Source: a plasmid
Direction: 5' to 3' (one strand)
Sequence record: NZ_CP025192.1
DNA length: 64,000 nucleotides
Shown: positions 54,387 to 62,767 of the stretch, in pieces
How positions within the stretch are numbered: the stretch's first letter is position 1
Layout of the letters: every line of letters starts with the position of its first letter
The notes under the pieces: generated by a model
Told to the model about the DNA's origin: nothing
What the model saw: only the letters and a program-made list of their open reading frames with translations
Databases searched by the model: none
Position numbers and translations under genes: made by a program

Positions 54387-56144
54387 GTGCCCCACATCAC
54401 CCCCGTCTCACCTAACCCCTGTGTTCCCGTCACCCGGATCCGCGGCGCCCTGGGCGACAAGGTGCTGCGCAAGAGCCCGGAACTGTTCAACCAGGGTTTG
54501 CCTACCGTGCTGGCCGAGGTGCTTCAGAACGCCCGCCGCGCCGGCGCCACCCGCGTCGGGATCGAGCTCCTCGGCGAGGAGGGCCGCGCCACCCTGGCAG
54601 TGCGCGACGACGGCCATGGCATCACCGACATGGCCAGGCTGGTGACCTTCGGTGCTTCCGCCTGGGACGAGCGCACCGACCTCGTGGAGAACGCCGCCGG
54701 CATGGGGGTGTTCTCGCTGGCCTCGCGCGGCGTCACTGTGCGCTCGCGCGGGCAGCGGGTGACGCTGAGTCGGGCTGTGTTCTGCGGTGAGGCCGAGGCC
54801 GCCGTGCTACCCGACCCGGAGATGGTGGTGGGCACCGAGCTACTGTTCCCGGTGGTCGAGCGGGCGGTCGAGCGGGCGTGCCGCTTCTACCCCCTGCCGG
54901 TGACGCTGAACGGCCGGCCGCAGCCGCAGCCGGGTTTCCTGGAAGGCGCCGAGCACGTCGTGGAATGGCAGGGGCTGCGGCTGGGCGTCTTCCGGGAGGT
55001 CGGCCCCAAGGTGCTGGACCTGTTCGACAGGCACCGCGGCTGGGACAGGCGCCTCTACCTGAACTTCCATGGCCATGTCGTGGAGTGCGGAGCGGCTGTC
55101 GCGCTTGCCGAGGTTGGCGGACCGACCCGTAACGTCTTCGTGGACGTGGTCTCGGCGCCGGACCTGCGGCTGGTGCTCCCGGTGCGGAACGAACCGATCG
55201 ACAACGACTTCTTCCGAGCCATGCGGGCCCGCGCCGAGCGAGCGCTGCTGGAAGCCGTCGCTCTTGGAACCACGCACTCGTTGCCCTTCGACGATGCCCG
55301 TCGGGCAAAGGCGATGGGTATCGAGCTTCCGTCTGTGCGGATCCCGCTCACACCCTGGCGTCTGAACACCGACGTCACACGCCACCGTATCGAGGAGCTT
55401 CCCGGACCTGTCGTGCTTGGCACGCCGGGTACGGAGGTGCTGTTGACCGACGCACTCGGCATCGAACAATGCAGTGCAATGAACCTCGATCTGATTCTGC
55501 GCGGATGGTCGGACAGGCCGCGGGTGGTCGTGGCGGATTCCAGATTCGAGGGCTATCGCGAGTATGACACCCTGCGCGTGGTGCGCGCGATCTCGGCGGT
55601 TGCGACCGATGCCGAAGGATCTGACGAGGAATTTCCGGGCTCGACGATACGGTCCGGAAGCGCGCCGCAGGACGCCGAGTACCAGGTGGTCGAGACGCTT
55701 TCCGCACGCCTCATGGTAGCGGCGGATGCCAGGAAATGGGCACAGCCCGCCGTAATGCACGAGGCGGCGGTTCCGTTCTTCTTCACCGATGAGCCGTCGT
55801 TCGATGGCATGCCGAGCTTCGTGGTTGTGCGCGGCACCGAGCCCGGGGACCTTTCGGACGCCTTGGTCGAGGGGTTCTTCGCGGAAAACGAGGACGTCGG
55901 CAACGACAGCAGCGATCGCCAGCTGGAAGCCTTCTCGGCCGAGGCCCGCGACCTCTCTCGCACCCTCCTCCTGGACGGCGACGCGGCCACGGCGGCCCGC
56001 ATTGTCGAGCATCTGCGCAACATTCGCTGGGAGCTGCGTAGCCTTCAGAAGGGTAGCATCGAACTGCACATCGTGGAGGACCAGATCGGCAGCACGATCC
56101 GTATCGTCGGTCCAAGCGGCCGGGAAGTGACCGCGATCCTCTGA
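54387..56144 (+). CDS. GHKL-family (Bergerat-fold) ATPase domain protein
   Basis: N-box VLAEVLQNARRAG, G1 VRDDGHGI, G2-like GMGVFSLASRG. About 585 aa from GTG 54387. The start is placed after the repeat element, by analogy with the other copies. Confidence 0.6.
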   Translation: MPHITPVSPNPCVPVTRIRGALGDKVLRKSPELFNQGLPTVLAEVLQNARRAGATRVGIELLGEEGRATLAVRDDGHGITDMARLVTFGASAWDERTDLVENAAGMGVFSLASRGVTVRSRGQRVTLSRAVFCGEAEAAVLPDPEMVVGTELLFPVVERAVERACRFYPLPVTLNGRPQPQPGFLEGAEHVVEWQGLRLGVFREVGPKVLDLFDRHRGWDRRLYLNFHGHVVECGAAVALAEVGGPTRNVFVDVVSAPDLRLVLPVRNEPIDNDFFRAMRARAERALLEAVALGTTHSLPFDDARRAKAMGIELPSVRIPLTPWRLNTDVTRHRIEELPGPVVLGTPGTEVLLTDALGIEQCSAMNLDLILRGWSDRPRVVVADSRFEGYREYDTLRVVRAISAVATDAEGSDEEFPGSTIRSGSAPQDAEYQVVETLSARLMVAADARKWAQPAVMHEAAVPFFFTDEPSFDGMPSFVVVRGTEPGDLSDALVEGFFAENEDVGNDSSDRQLEAFSAEARDLSRTLLLDGDAATAARIVEHLRNIRWELRSLQKGSIELHIVEDQIGSTIRIVGPSGREVTAIL

Positions 56145-56179
56145 GGAGGACGGGGAAGGGCGAATGAGCAGGACGGGGG

Positions 56180-56320
56180 AGGGCGCTGCCACCCTCTCCC
56201 GGCGCGCGGCAAGGGTTCGTCGGCTCACGCCTCCCGCCGCTCCGCGGCGCCCTTGCCCCACCCCGGCAGGGGCGGCCGGCGGGCTGGGTCTTCGGGAAGA
56301 AGACTCAGCAGAAGGATGAG
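56180..56320 (+). repeat. GC-rich structured repeat element, copy C
   Basis: gcgctgccaccctctcccggcgcgcGGCAAGGGttcgtcggctcacgcctcccgccgctccgcggcgCCCTTGCCccaccccgg...gaagaagactcagcagaaggatgagatcc before ATG 56325. Confidence 0.6.
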
Positions 56321-56324
56321 ATCC

Positions 56325-56498
56325 ATGGATCTCCACGAACGGCTCGCCAGGCGCCAGGGACGTCACGAGGACATGAAGGCCATCGCCGGCCTCGCCCTGA
56401 TCGTCTGCATCCTCCTTGCAGGCGCCATGCTGCCTGGCTTCCTGGCAGATCACGCCTCCACTGTCCGTGTGCCTGCCCAGCAGGAGGCCCGCCGATGA
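56325..56498 (+). CDS. small single-TM membrane protein
   Basis: 57 aa MDLHERLARRQGRHEDMKAIAGLALIVCILLAGAMLPGFLADH. ATGA overlap with next ORF. Confidence 0.4.
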   Translation: MDLHERLARRQGRHEDMKAIAGLALIVCILLAGAMLPGFLADHASTVRVPAQQEARR

Positions 56499-56842
56499 GC
56501 AGGATCACGCCGCTCACCGACGGCCAGGACCTCTCCATCCTGGTGCTGGAGGATGTGGTGTCAGACGGTTACGGCCTTATCAGGACCGAAGCCAGCCCCG
56601 CGACACAGGTGGCCGTTGCCCATGACGGAACACTCCGCGGCACGGAGCAGGCCAAGGCCTATGTCGCGCTCCTCGCGCGTGCTCCGGCCATGCGCCGTCT
56701 CCTCGACCAGGCGCTGATCTTCGAGGCCGACGCCTTCGACGCCGACGAGCCGGTATCGGGCGCCGACCTCGTCGAATGGTTTGCCTTCTGGCGGCTGGAG
56801 GTTCGGACCGCGCTATCGCGGCCGGCGCTCGCCGCCTCGTAG
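56495..56842 (+). CDS. hypothetical protein
   Basis: 115-aa ORF translationally coupled to 56325-56498. Confidence 0.4.
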   Translation: MSRITPLTDGQDLSILVLEDVVSDGYGLIRTEASPATQVAVAHDGTLRGTEQAKAYVALLARAPAMRRLLDQALIFEADAFDADEPVSGADLVEWFAFWRLEVRTALSRPALAAS

Positions 56843-56916
56843 GACGCCCTGCCTGCCTGAGGGAGCAACACGTCCATCCGGTTGCCCGATCCATCACGAT
56901 CCACAGGATCCGAGAC

Positions 56917-57507
56917 ATGCCTCATCCGGCACATCTTCCGCGCTTCCTCGTAGTGCGGCCCTATCTGGGCCATGCCTCGCGAGAGGGCGCCTACGCACAT
57001 CTCGAAGCTCTGGTCATGTACTCGCGTGGCGACGTGCAACCCACACGGTACGGCGACCTGCGGCCACTGCTTCGCTGGGACGATACGCCGCGTCCGATCC
57101 TGCACGAGGGGCTGCGTTGGTCGTGCCAGATCGACGACCGCACCCCCGAGGTCTACGGCATCCATTACGGCTACACGTCCGAGCACGCCGACATCTTCAC
57201 CGCGGCGGACCTCGCCCGCTACGGCAGGTCGATCCCTGCCCTTCGCAGGGCCATGGATCGGCTGCAGGAACGCGACGGGCCGGCCGGACACGTTGCCGTG
57301 CTGCTGCTCCGGCTGGCCCGGGTCCTGAAGGTGCGCGGCATCGCACTGCTCGAACCCCGGCTCGGCGAAGCCTTCTTTGCCGACGACCATCGCTTCCGGC
57401 GGCTGGAGATAGTGCCCGACTACGGCCCCGTGTTCGCCGAGATTGGCAACGTGGCGGCGGAACTGCACCGTCACTGTGCCGCGCGATGCGGCCGTGCGGC
57501 GGCCTGA
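56917..57507 (+). CDS. hypothetical protein
   Basis: 196 aa from internal ATG 56917 (MPHPAHLPRFLVVRPYLGHASREGAYAHLE...). Confidence 0.4.
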   Translation: MPHPAHLPRFLVVRPYLGHASREGAYAHLEALVMYSRGDVQPTRYGDLRPLLRWDDTPRPILHEGLRWSCQIDDRTPEVYGIHYGYTSEHADIFTAADLARYGRSIPALRRAMDRLQERDGPAGHVAVLLLRLARVLKVRGIALLEPRLGEAFFADDHRFRRLEIVPDYGPVFAEIGNVAAELHRHCAARCGRAAA

Positions 57508-57510
57508 GCC

Positions 57511-58293
57511 GTGACCCCGATCCAGCCCGCCCTATGCCAGCACTGCGGGGAGCCGTCGGTACTGGAGATCGCGGAGGCGTGGTCCGACCACGCCTTCCTG
57601 CTCGATACCTGTTGCCTGGCCGCCCACGAGGAGGTCTGCGCCGGCATGGCTGACGATCCGGCCTGGGCACGCGACCTGCTGCGGCATCTAGGTGCCGAGG
57701 AAATGCTCGGCCACCGCCTCCGGCGCATCGCCGACACCGGCTGCGGCCAGTTGCTGCTCGACTGGAAGCTGGCGATCCGGCCGGTGAGCTTCGCGGCAGC
57801 GGCGGGGTTCGTGCGTCGCCACCACGCCCATAACGCGGCACCGACCGTCTGGCGCTATGGGGCCGCCATCGCGAATGGCCCGACGTGGCTGGGCGTGGTG
57901 ATGGTGGGAAATCCCGTTGCGAGGGGGTTGATGGGACGGGGCATCGTCGAGGTGAACCGGCTGTGCCTGCGCCGCGATGTGCCACGCGCCCTGGCCTGGA
58001 ACGCCTGCTCACAGCTTTACGGCTGGGCTGCCCGCGAAGCCGCCGCGCGGGGCTTCACGGGCATCGTCACCTACACCCGCGAAGACGAGGACGGTGGCAG
58101 CCTGACGGCCGCCGGCTGGTCTCTCGAGACCCGCATCCGTGGACGCTCGTGGAGCAGCGGAAGCCGCGTCCGCGTCGATCGGGGACCGCCGGTCGACAAA
58201 AACCGCTGGAGCCGCTCGCTCAGGCCACTCACCAAAGTCCAGAAGCGCTCGGCACCGCCGGCCATGATGCCGCTTACCCTGGGCACCGATTGA
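57511..58293 (+). CDS. hypothetical protein with N-terminal Cys cluster (possible GNAT-like fold)
   Basis: 260 aa. CQHCGEP...TCCLAAHEE cysteine cluster. Central GIVEVNRLCL...NACSQLYGWAAREAAARGFTGIVTYT...GGSLTAAGWS resembles a family recurring on plasmids/phages. No confident assignment. Confidence 0.4.
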   Translation: MTPIQPALCQHCGEPSVLEIAEAWSDHAFLLDTCCLAAHEEVCAGMADDPAWARDLLRHLGAEEMLGHRLRRIADTGCGQLLLDWKLAIRPVSFAAAAGFVRRHHAHNAAPTVWRYGAAIANGPTWLGVVMVGNPVARGLMGRGIVEVNRLCLRRDVPRALAWNACSQLYGWAAREAAARGFTGIVTYTREDEDGGSLTAAGWSLETRIRGRSWSSGSRVRVDRGPPVDKNRWSRSLRPLTKVQKRSAPPAMMPLTLGTD

Positions 58294-58495
58294 GGGGGCG
58301 GCCGCCGACGGTCCGATGAAGGGAAGAGTCGAGAAAGAGGTGTGAACCGGATACCGCGGAACGGGGCGGGAGGGGTGCCGCACCCCGTCCTCCGCCGCAA
58401 GGGCAAGGGCCTGGCGGCCCGCCGCGATGCGGCGCCCCTGCCCCGGAGGAACGGCGCCGCGGCGGCCTGGGAGTTGTTCGGAAAGGAACATCCCC

Positions 58496-58831
58496 ATGGA
58501 AATCCGCCGCCTCGCTCCCCGGGCACCCGCCGCGCTCTCCCGATCGCTTCCACTGGCCGATGCCGGCGAGGCGCTCGCCTGCACCCGCTGCGGCAGTGCC
58601 TACCAGGGCGACCCCACCCTGCTGGTGGCCTGCCCGGTGTGCTTCGTCGCGCCGGGCGTTCCCTGCTGCAAGCCCGATCATGGCCGGGTCCGGCAGTCGC
58701 ACCTCTCCCGAAGCCGCGATGCCCTGGCGGCAGGGCGCATGCCGGCCTGCGGCGCCCTGACCTGGGACGGGCTGCACGCCTTCGCGGTGCCGGTGCCGGC
58801 CGCGCCTCGACACGTCTCCAGCTCGATCTGA
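58496..58831 (+). CDS. zinc-ribbon hypothetical protein
   Basis: 111 aa from ATG 58496. CTRCG...CPVCF...CC Cys pairs. Confidence 0.35.
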   Translation: MEIRRLAPRAPAALSRSLPLADAGEALACTRCGSAYQGDPTLLVACPVCFVAPGVPCCKPDHGRVRQSHLSRSRDALAAGRMPACGALTWDGLHAFAVPVPAAPRHVSSSI

Positions 58832-58841
58832 GGGCGATCCG

Positions 58842-59177
58842 ATGACCCATGTTCGCCGCTTCCTCGACCTGTCCACCGCCCACCTCGCGCTGGAGGACCG
58901 CACCTGCCTGATCGGCGCGGCCCAGGCCGGGGTGCGCGGCGAGGTGTGCTGCGGCGCGATGCCCTATGGCTGGTTCGTCTACGCCCATGACGAGCGCCCG
59001 GACATCGCCGATACGCTCTGGGCCCTCATGGTCGAAGCCCGCCGACAGGGTTGCGAGTACCTGCTGTTCGACGCCGACGGCCCGGCCCTCCCGGATTTCC
59101 CTTGCTTCGACTGGGATGAGCCTTCGGCATCGCCCTTCGTCGCCGAGGTGGCGCGACGCCCGGACGGATCACCCTGA
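58842..59177 (+). CDS. hypothetical protein
   Basis: 111 aa (MTHVRRFLDLSTAHLALEDRTCLIGAA...YGWFVYAHDE...YLLFDADGP). Resembles small conserved proteins of conjugative-element leading regions. Confidence 0.4.
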   Translation: MTHVRRFLDLSTAHLALEDRTCLIGAAQAGVRGEVCCGAMPYGWFVYAHDERPDIADTLWALMVEARRQGCEYLLFDADGPALPDFPCFDWDEPSASPFVAEVARRPDGSP

Positions 59178-59289
59178 GAATCCGGACCGAACGTCCGAGC
59201 GCCGGACATCGAGTACATCTGGAGATCAGGAAAGCGGGCAACCACGAAATCGGGAAAGTAGGAGATCAGGAGAGCGGGAGAGGAGAGGC

Positions 59290-59410
59290 CGTTCCGCACC
59301 GGTCCGGCCGCCGCAAGGGTTCGTCGCTGCGCTCCCGCGCTCCGCGCGCCCTTGCCCCGGCCCGCCCGGATGCGGGGCTGGGGAGGTGTTCCGAGAAGAT
59401 GAAAGGGAAC
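59290..59410 (+). repeat. GC-rich structured repeat element, copy D (upstream of ardC)
   Basis: ccgCAAGGGttcgtcgctgcgctcccgcgctccgcgcgCCCTTGccccggcccgcccgg...gaagatgaaagggaacaccg before ATG 59415. Confidence 0.6.
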
Positions 59411-59414
59411 ACCG

Positions 59415-60380
59415 ATGGCTCAGCCTCGCCGTCAGACCGCCGATCGCCCGGCTCCCCGCGACCATTACGCCGAGATCACCAGCCAGATCGTGGAGGCCCT
59501 GGAGGCCGGCACGGTGCCGTGGCGCCGGCCCTGGGACCAGGACAAGGCCGGTGCCGGTCCGCTGTCGCCCCGCAACGGGGTCACCGGGCGCCGCTACCAC
59601 GGGATCAATGTGCTGCTGCTGGGCATGACCGGCCTGGCCTTCGCCGGCACGGATCCCCGCTGGCTCACCTACAGGCAGGCCGAGGAGAAGGGGTGGCAGG
59701 TCCGCCGCGGCGAGCGCGGCAGCCGCGTCTTCTTCTTCCGCAAGCTGACCCTGCGGGACGGCGACGCCGCACCCGAGGCGGGAGGCGAGGGCACCCGCAC
59801 CGTGCCGGTGCTTCGTGCGTACACGGTGTTCCACGCGAGCCAGGTGGAGGGCATCCCGAGCTTCGAGGCCCCGTCCACCGAGAAGGCCTCCTGGCGCACG
59901 CCCGAGGCGGCCGAGACGATCATGCGCAACAGCGGCGTGGCGTTCCGGGAAGGAGGCGACCGCGCCTACTACTGGCCGGCGACGGACCACATCCAGATGC
60001 CGCCGCGCGCGGCCTTCGCCACGCCGGAGGGCTACTGCGCCACGGGCCTGCACGAGCTGGCTCACGCCTCCGGCGCGAAGCACCGCCTCGACCGTGACCT
60101 GACGGGTCGCTTCGGCAGCCACGCCTATGCCCAGGAGGAGCTCCGTGCCGAGCTGACATCCTGCTTCGTCGGCGCCGAGCTGGGCCTGCCCTGCGACATC
60201 CCGAACCACGCCAGCTACGTCTCATCGTGGCTCAGGACGCTTCGGCAGGACAAGCGCGAGATCTTCCGCGCCGCGGCCGAGGCCCAGCGCATGGCCGACT
60301 ACCTGCTCGGCTTCCATCCCGGGCACGCCCGACGGGCGGCCGAGGAGGCGCGGCGCGACGAGGCCGCGGAGGCGGCGTGA
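59415..60380 (+). CDS. ardC: ArdC-like antirestriction protein (ssDNA-binding N-domain + zincin-like metalloprotease domain)
   Basis: N-domain IVEALEAGTVPWRRPW...GRRYHGINVLLL...WLTYRQAEEKGWQVRRGERGS is ArdC-like. C-domain HELAHAS (HExxH) zincin motif. 321 aa. Confidence 0.8.
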   Translation: MAQPRRQTADRPAPRDHYAEITSQIVEALEAGTVPWRRPWDQDKAGAGPLSPRNGVTGRRYHGINVLLLGMTGLAFAGTDPRWLTYRQAEEKGWQVRRGERGSRVFFFRKLTLRDGDAAPEAGGEGTRTVPVLRAYTVFHASQVEGIPSFEAPSTEKASWRTPEAAETIMRNSGVAFREGGDRAYYWPATDHIQMPPRAAFATPEGYCATGLHELAHASGAKHRLDRDLTGRFGSHAYAQEELRAELTSCFVGAELGLPCDIPNHASYVSSWLRTLRQDKREIFRAAAEAQRMADYLLGFHPGHARRAAEEARRDEAAEAA

Positions 60381-61390
60381 GCGCCGCCCTGCTGCCCGGC
60401 GCGGCGGCGCTGGCCCCGGAGCTGCGCTCCTACGACCACGTCATCCTGTTCACCTCGGGGGGCAAGGACGCCACGGCCTGCCTGGTCGAGCTGCTGGAGC
60501 GCGGCGTGCCGCCCGCGCGCATCGAGCTGCACCACCACGAGGTGGATGGCCGCGGCGAGGCCTCCATGGACTGGCCCGTGACCGGCGCCTACGTCGCGGC
60601 ACAGGCGGCGGCGTTCGGGCTGCCGCTCTACCGCTCCTGGCGCGAGGGCGGCTTCGAGCGGGAGATGCTGCGCCAGGATGCACCGACGGCGCCGATCCTG
60701 TTCGAGACCCCTCATGGCCTCATGAGGACAGGAGGGGCCGGACCGCGCAACACCCGGCTGCTGTTCCCGCAGGTCTCGGCCGACCTGTCGGTGCGCTGGT
60801 GGTGCTCGGCGGCCCTCAAGATCGGCGTCGGCGCGGCCGCCATCGCCGGCCAGGCCCGCTTCCTCGGGCGCCGGACCCTGGTCGTGACCGGCGAGCGGGC
60901 GCAGGAGAGCCCGGCCCGGGCGCGCTACGCCATCTTCGAGCCGCACCGTACCGACACGCGCGGCGGCTCGCGCCGGTCCCGCCACGTCGATCACTGGCGA
61001 CCGGTCCATGGCTGGGACGAGGTGCGGGTCTGGGACGCGCTGCGGCGTCACGGCGTGCGGCCGCACCCGGCCTACGAGCTGGGCTGGTCGCGGCTGTCCT
61101 GCATGTCCTGCATCTTCGGGTCGGCCTCGCAGTGGGCGACGATCCGCCTGATCGCGCCGGTCCTGTTCGAGCGCATCGCGGCCTACGAGGAGCGCTTCGG
61201 CCGCACCATCCAGCGCGCCCGCTCCGTTCGCGCGCTGGCCGATCTCGGCCGCCCCTATCCCGCCGCCCTCGCGCGACCCGATCTCGTCTCCCTCGCCCTG
61301 AGCACGCTCTGGGACCTGCCGATCCTCGGCCCGCCCGCAGGCTGGACGCATCCGGCCGGCGCCTTCGGCGAGGCCGCCGGCCCGACCTGA
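60377..61390 (+). CDS. PAPS-reductase-family PP-loop ATP pyrophosphatase-like protein
   Basis: N-terminal PP-loop ILFTSGGKDATAC. GTG start forming GTGA overlap with ardC stop, preceded by GGAGG. 337 aa. Confidence 0.6.
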   Translation: MSAALLPGAAALAPELRSYDHVILFTSGGKDATACLVELLERGVPPARIELHHHEVDGRGEASMDWPVTGAYVAAQAAAFGLPLYRSWREGGFEREMLRQDAPTAPILFETPHGLMRTGGAGPRNTRLLFPQVSADLSVRWWCSAALKIGVGAAAIAGQARFLGRRTLVVTGERAQESPARARYAIFEPHRTDTRGGSRRSRHVDHWRPVHGWDEVRVWDALRRHGVRPHPAYELGWSRLSCMSCIFGSASQWATIRLIAPVLFERIAAYEERFGRTIQRARSVRALADLGRPYPAALARPDLVSLALSTLWDLPILGPPAGWTHPAGAFGEAAGPT

Positions 61391-61459
61391 ACCCTGCACG
61401 GGCGGCCGCACCCGGCTCCGCGCGATGCCACCACCCCGACCGAACACAAAGGAGGCCCC

Positions 61460-62074
61460 ATGGGCTGGCTCGTTTCCGATCGCCCGCTCGTCCGCGAGAC
61501 GCCGGCAGAGCACCTGACACGCGACTACACGACCGACGACGAGCACGGCCGCACCGAGGTCCTGGCCGCATCGCAGGTCGGCCGCGCGGTCTACATGGCG
61601 GTACGCCGGACGGAGAAGGCCGGTCCGCGTGCCGGCCGTCCCTATGTCTTCGCCGCCGTGATCCTGGTGTTCAACAACGCCCGGGACGGCTTCGGCCGCA
61701 AGGACATGGACGAGACCGCTGGCCCCTGCGAGGTGGCCTGCCCACCCCGCATCATGGCGCTCCTTTCCCCGGTCGAGGAGCTGCCATCGCCCGGCTACGC
61801 GGCCGACTGGCGCGCGCGGGTGGACTCAGCCCGGCTGGAGCGGCGCGGGGTCGCCGCCAGCAGGAAGCATCTGCTCCCGGGTCAGCGGGTGCGGCTGACC
61901 GAGCCCCTGAGTTTCTGCAAGGGCGCCGTGGTCGCCACCGAGTTCGAGGTGGTGCCGACGCCCGCCGGACGGCGAGGCCCGATCTTCCGGCCGGTCGGGC
62001 ATGCTTTCCTGTGCCGCCTGCCCTCGCGCCTCCTGACCGTGGCCATGACGGTCCCGGCCCCGGCGGTGACGTGA
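61460..62074 (+). CDS. hypothetical protein
   Basis: 204-aa ORF. No motif recognised. Confidence 0.4.
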   Translation: MGWLVSDRPLVRETPAEHLTRDYTTDDEHGRTEVLAASQVGRAVYMAVRRTEKAGPRAGRPYVFAAVILVFNNARDGFGRKDMDETAGPCEVACPPRIMALLSPVEELPSPGYAADWRARVDSARLERRGVAASRKHLLPGQRVRLTEPLSFCKGAVVATEFEVVPTPAGRRGPIFRPVGHAFLCRLPSRLLTVAMTVPAPAVT

Positions 62075-62537
62075 TCCCCAGGGAGGATGCACCGGACCCG
62101 GTGCCGGGACCGGGGCCGCATCCCCTCGACAGCTGCGAGGACCGCTGTCGCCTGCGGCTGACGCTGCGCGACGGCCGCGTGATCGAAGGCCTGCACAATG
62201 CCGTCCCCCCGAGGTGCGGACCGACCCGTTCTCGGTCCCGAACATGCTCGCCGCGCTGCTCGGGCGGGGCCTCAAGGCACAAATCACCCGATTGGGTGAC
62301 CCGTCGCATCAGCGCGGCCACATCCAGGTGGAGATGCCCGTGAAGGGCCGGGCGCGCTTCGTGCTGATCGGGGAGCCACGCCACGGCACGATCGGCTGGC
62401 GGGCGGTCTGGGACGGCAACGACAGCAAGCCCGGCCTTCGGCGGCGGCGACTGTCCGAGGCGACCGAGGCCTACCGCCGGATGCTCGCGGCCATGCGGGA
62501 GGGGTGCCGCTCCGTCCAACCGGACCTGTTCGGCTGA
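62071..62537 (+). CDS. hypothetical protein with apparent +1/-1 frame break at a C6 run (about 62205-62212)
   Basis: GTG at 62071 (GTGA overlap with previous stop) reads VIPREDAPDPVPGPGPHPLDSCEDRCRLRLTLRDGRVIEGLHNAVPP. After the ccccccg run the coding signal continues in ORF 62214-62537 (MRTDPFSVPNML...). Confidence 0.35.
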
Positions 62538-62554
62538 ACCATACCCTCCTGTGC

Positions 62555-62597
62555 TCATGGGCGCCTGTCCTCATGAACACATGAGGGAATGAGGAAA
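62555..62597. promoter_or_regulatory. second copy of TGTCCTCATG-N4-CATGAGG(G)AAT dyad operator
   Basis: ctgtgctcatgggcgccTGTCCTCATGaacaCATGAGGGAATgagg. Shares both half-sites with 49612-49640. Confidence 0.5.
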
Positions 62598-62624
62598 GGA
62601 GGGGAGACGGGGCAGGACGAGGAG

Positions 62625-62760
62625 ATGGGCGCTGCCACCGCGCTCCGGGGCGCGGCAAGGGTGCGTCGGCTACCGCCTCCCGCCGCTGCGCGGCGCCCTT
62701 GCCCCGCCCCGGACCGGGCGGCCGGCTCGGAAGTGTCTTGAGAGACAGGATACGAGGAGA
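62625..62760 (+). repeat. GC-rich structured repeat element, copy E
   Basis: gggcgctgccaccgcgctccggggcgcGGCAAGGGtgcgtcggctaccgcctcccgccgctgcgcggcgCCCTTGCCccgccccgg...caggatacgaggagagcagggc before ATG 62768. Confidence 0.6.
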
Positions 62761-62767
62761 GCAGGGC

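Noticed and set aside
54840-56453. 537-aa minus-strand ORF
   Set aside because: Antisense to the GHKL ATPase gene and repeat element copy C.
60711-60728. CTCATGGCCTCATGAGGA dyad-like motif inside a CDS
   Set aside because: Resembles the operator half-sites but lies within coding sequence (encodes PHGLMRT). Probably coincidental, so not called an operator.
60299-61546. 415-aa minus-strand ORF
   Set aside because: Antisense to the PAPS-reductase-like gene, which has a PP-loop motif.
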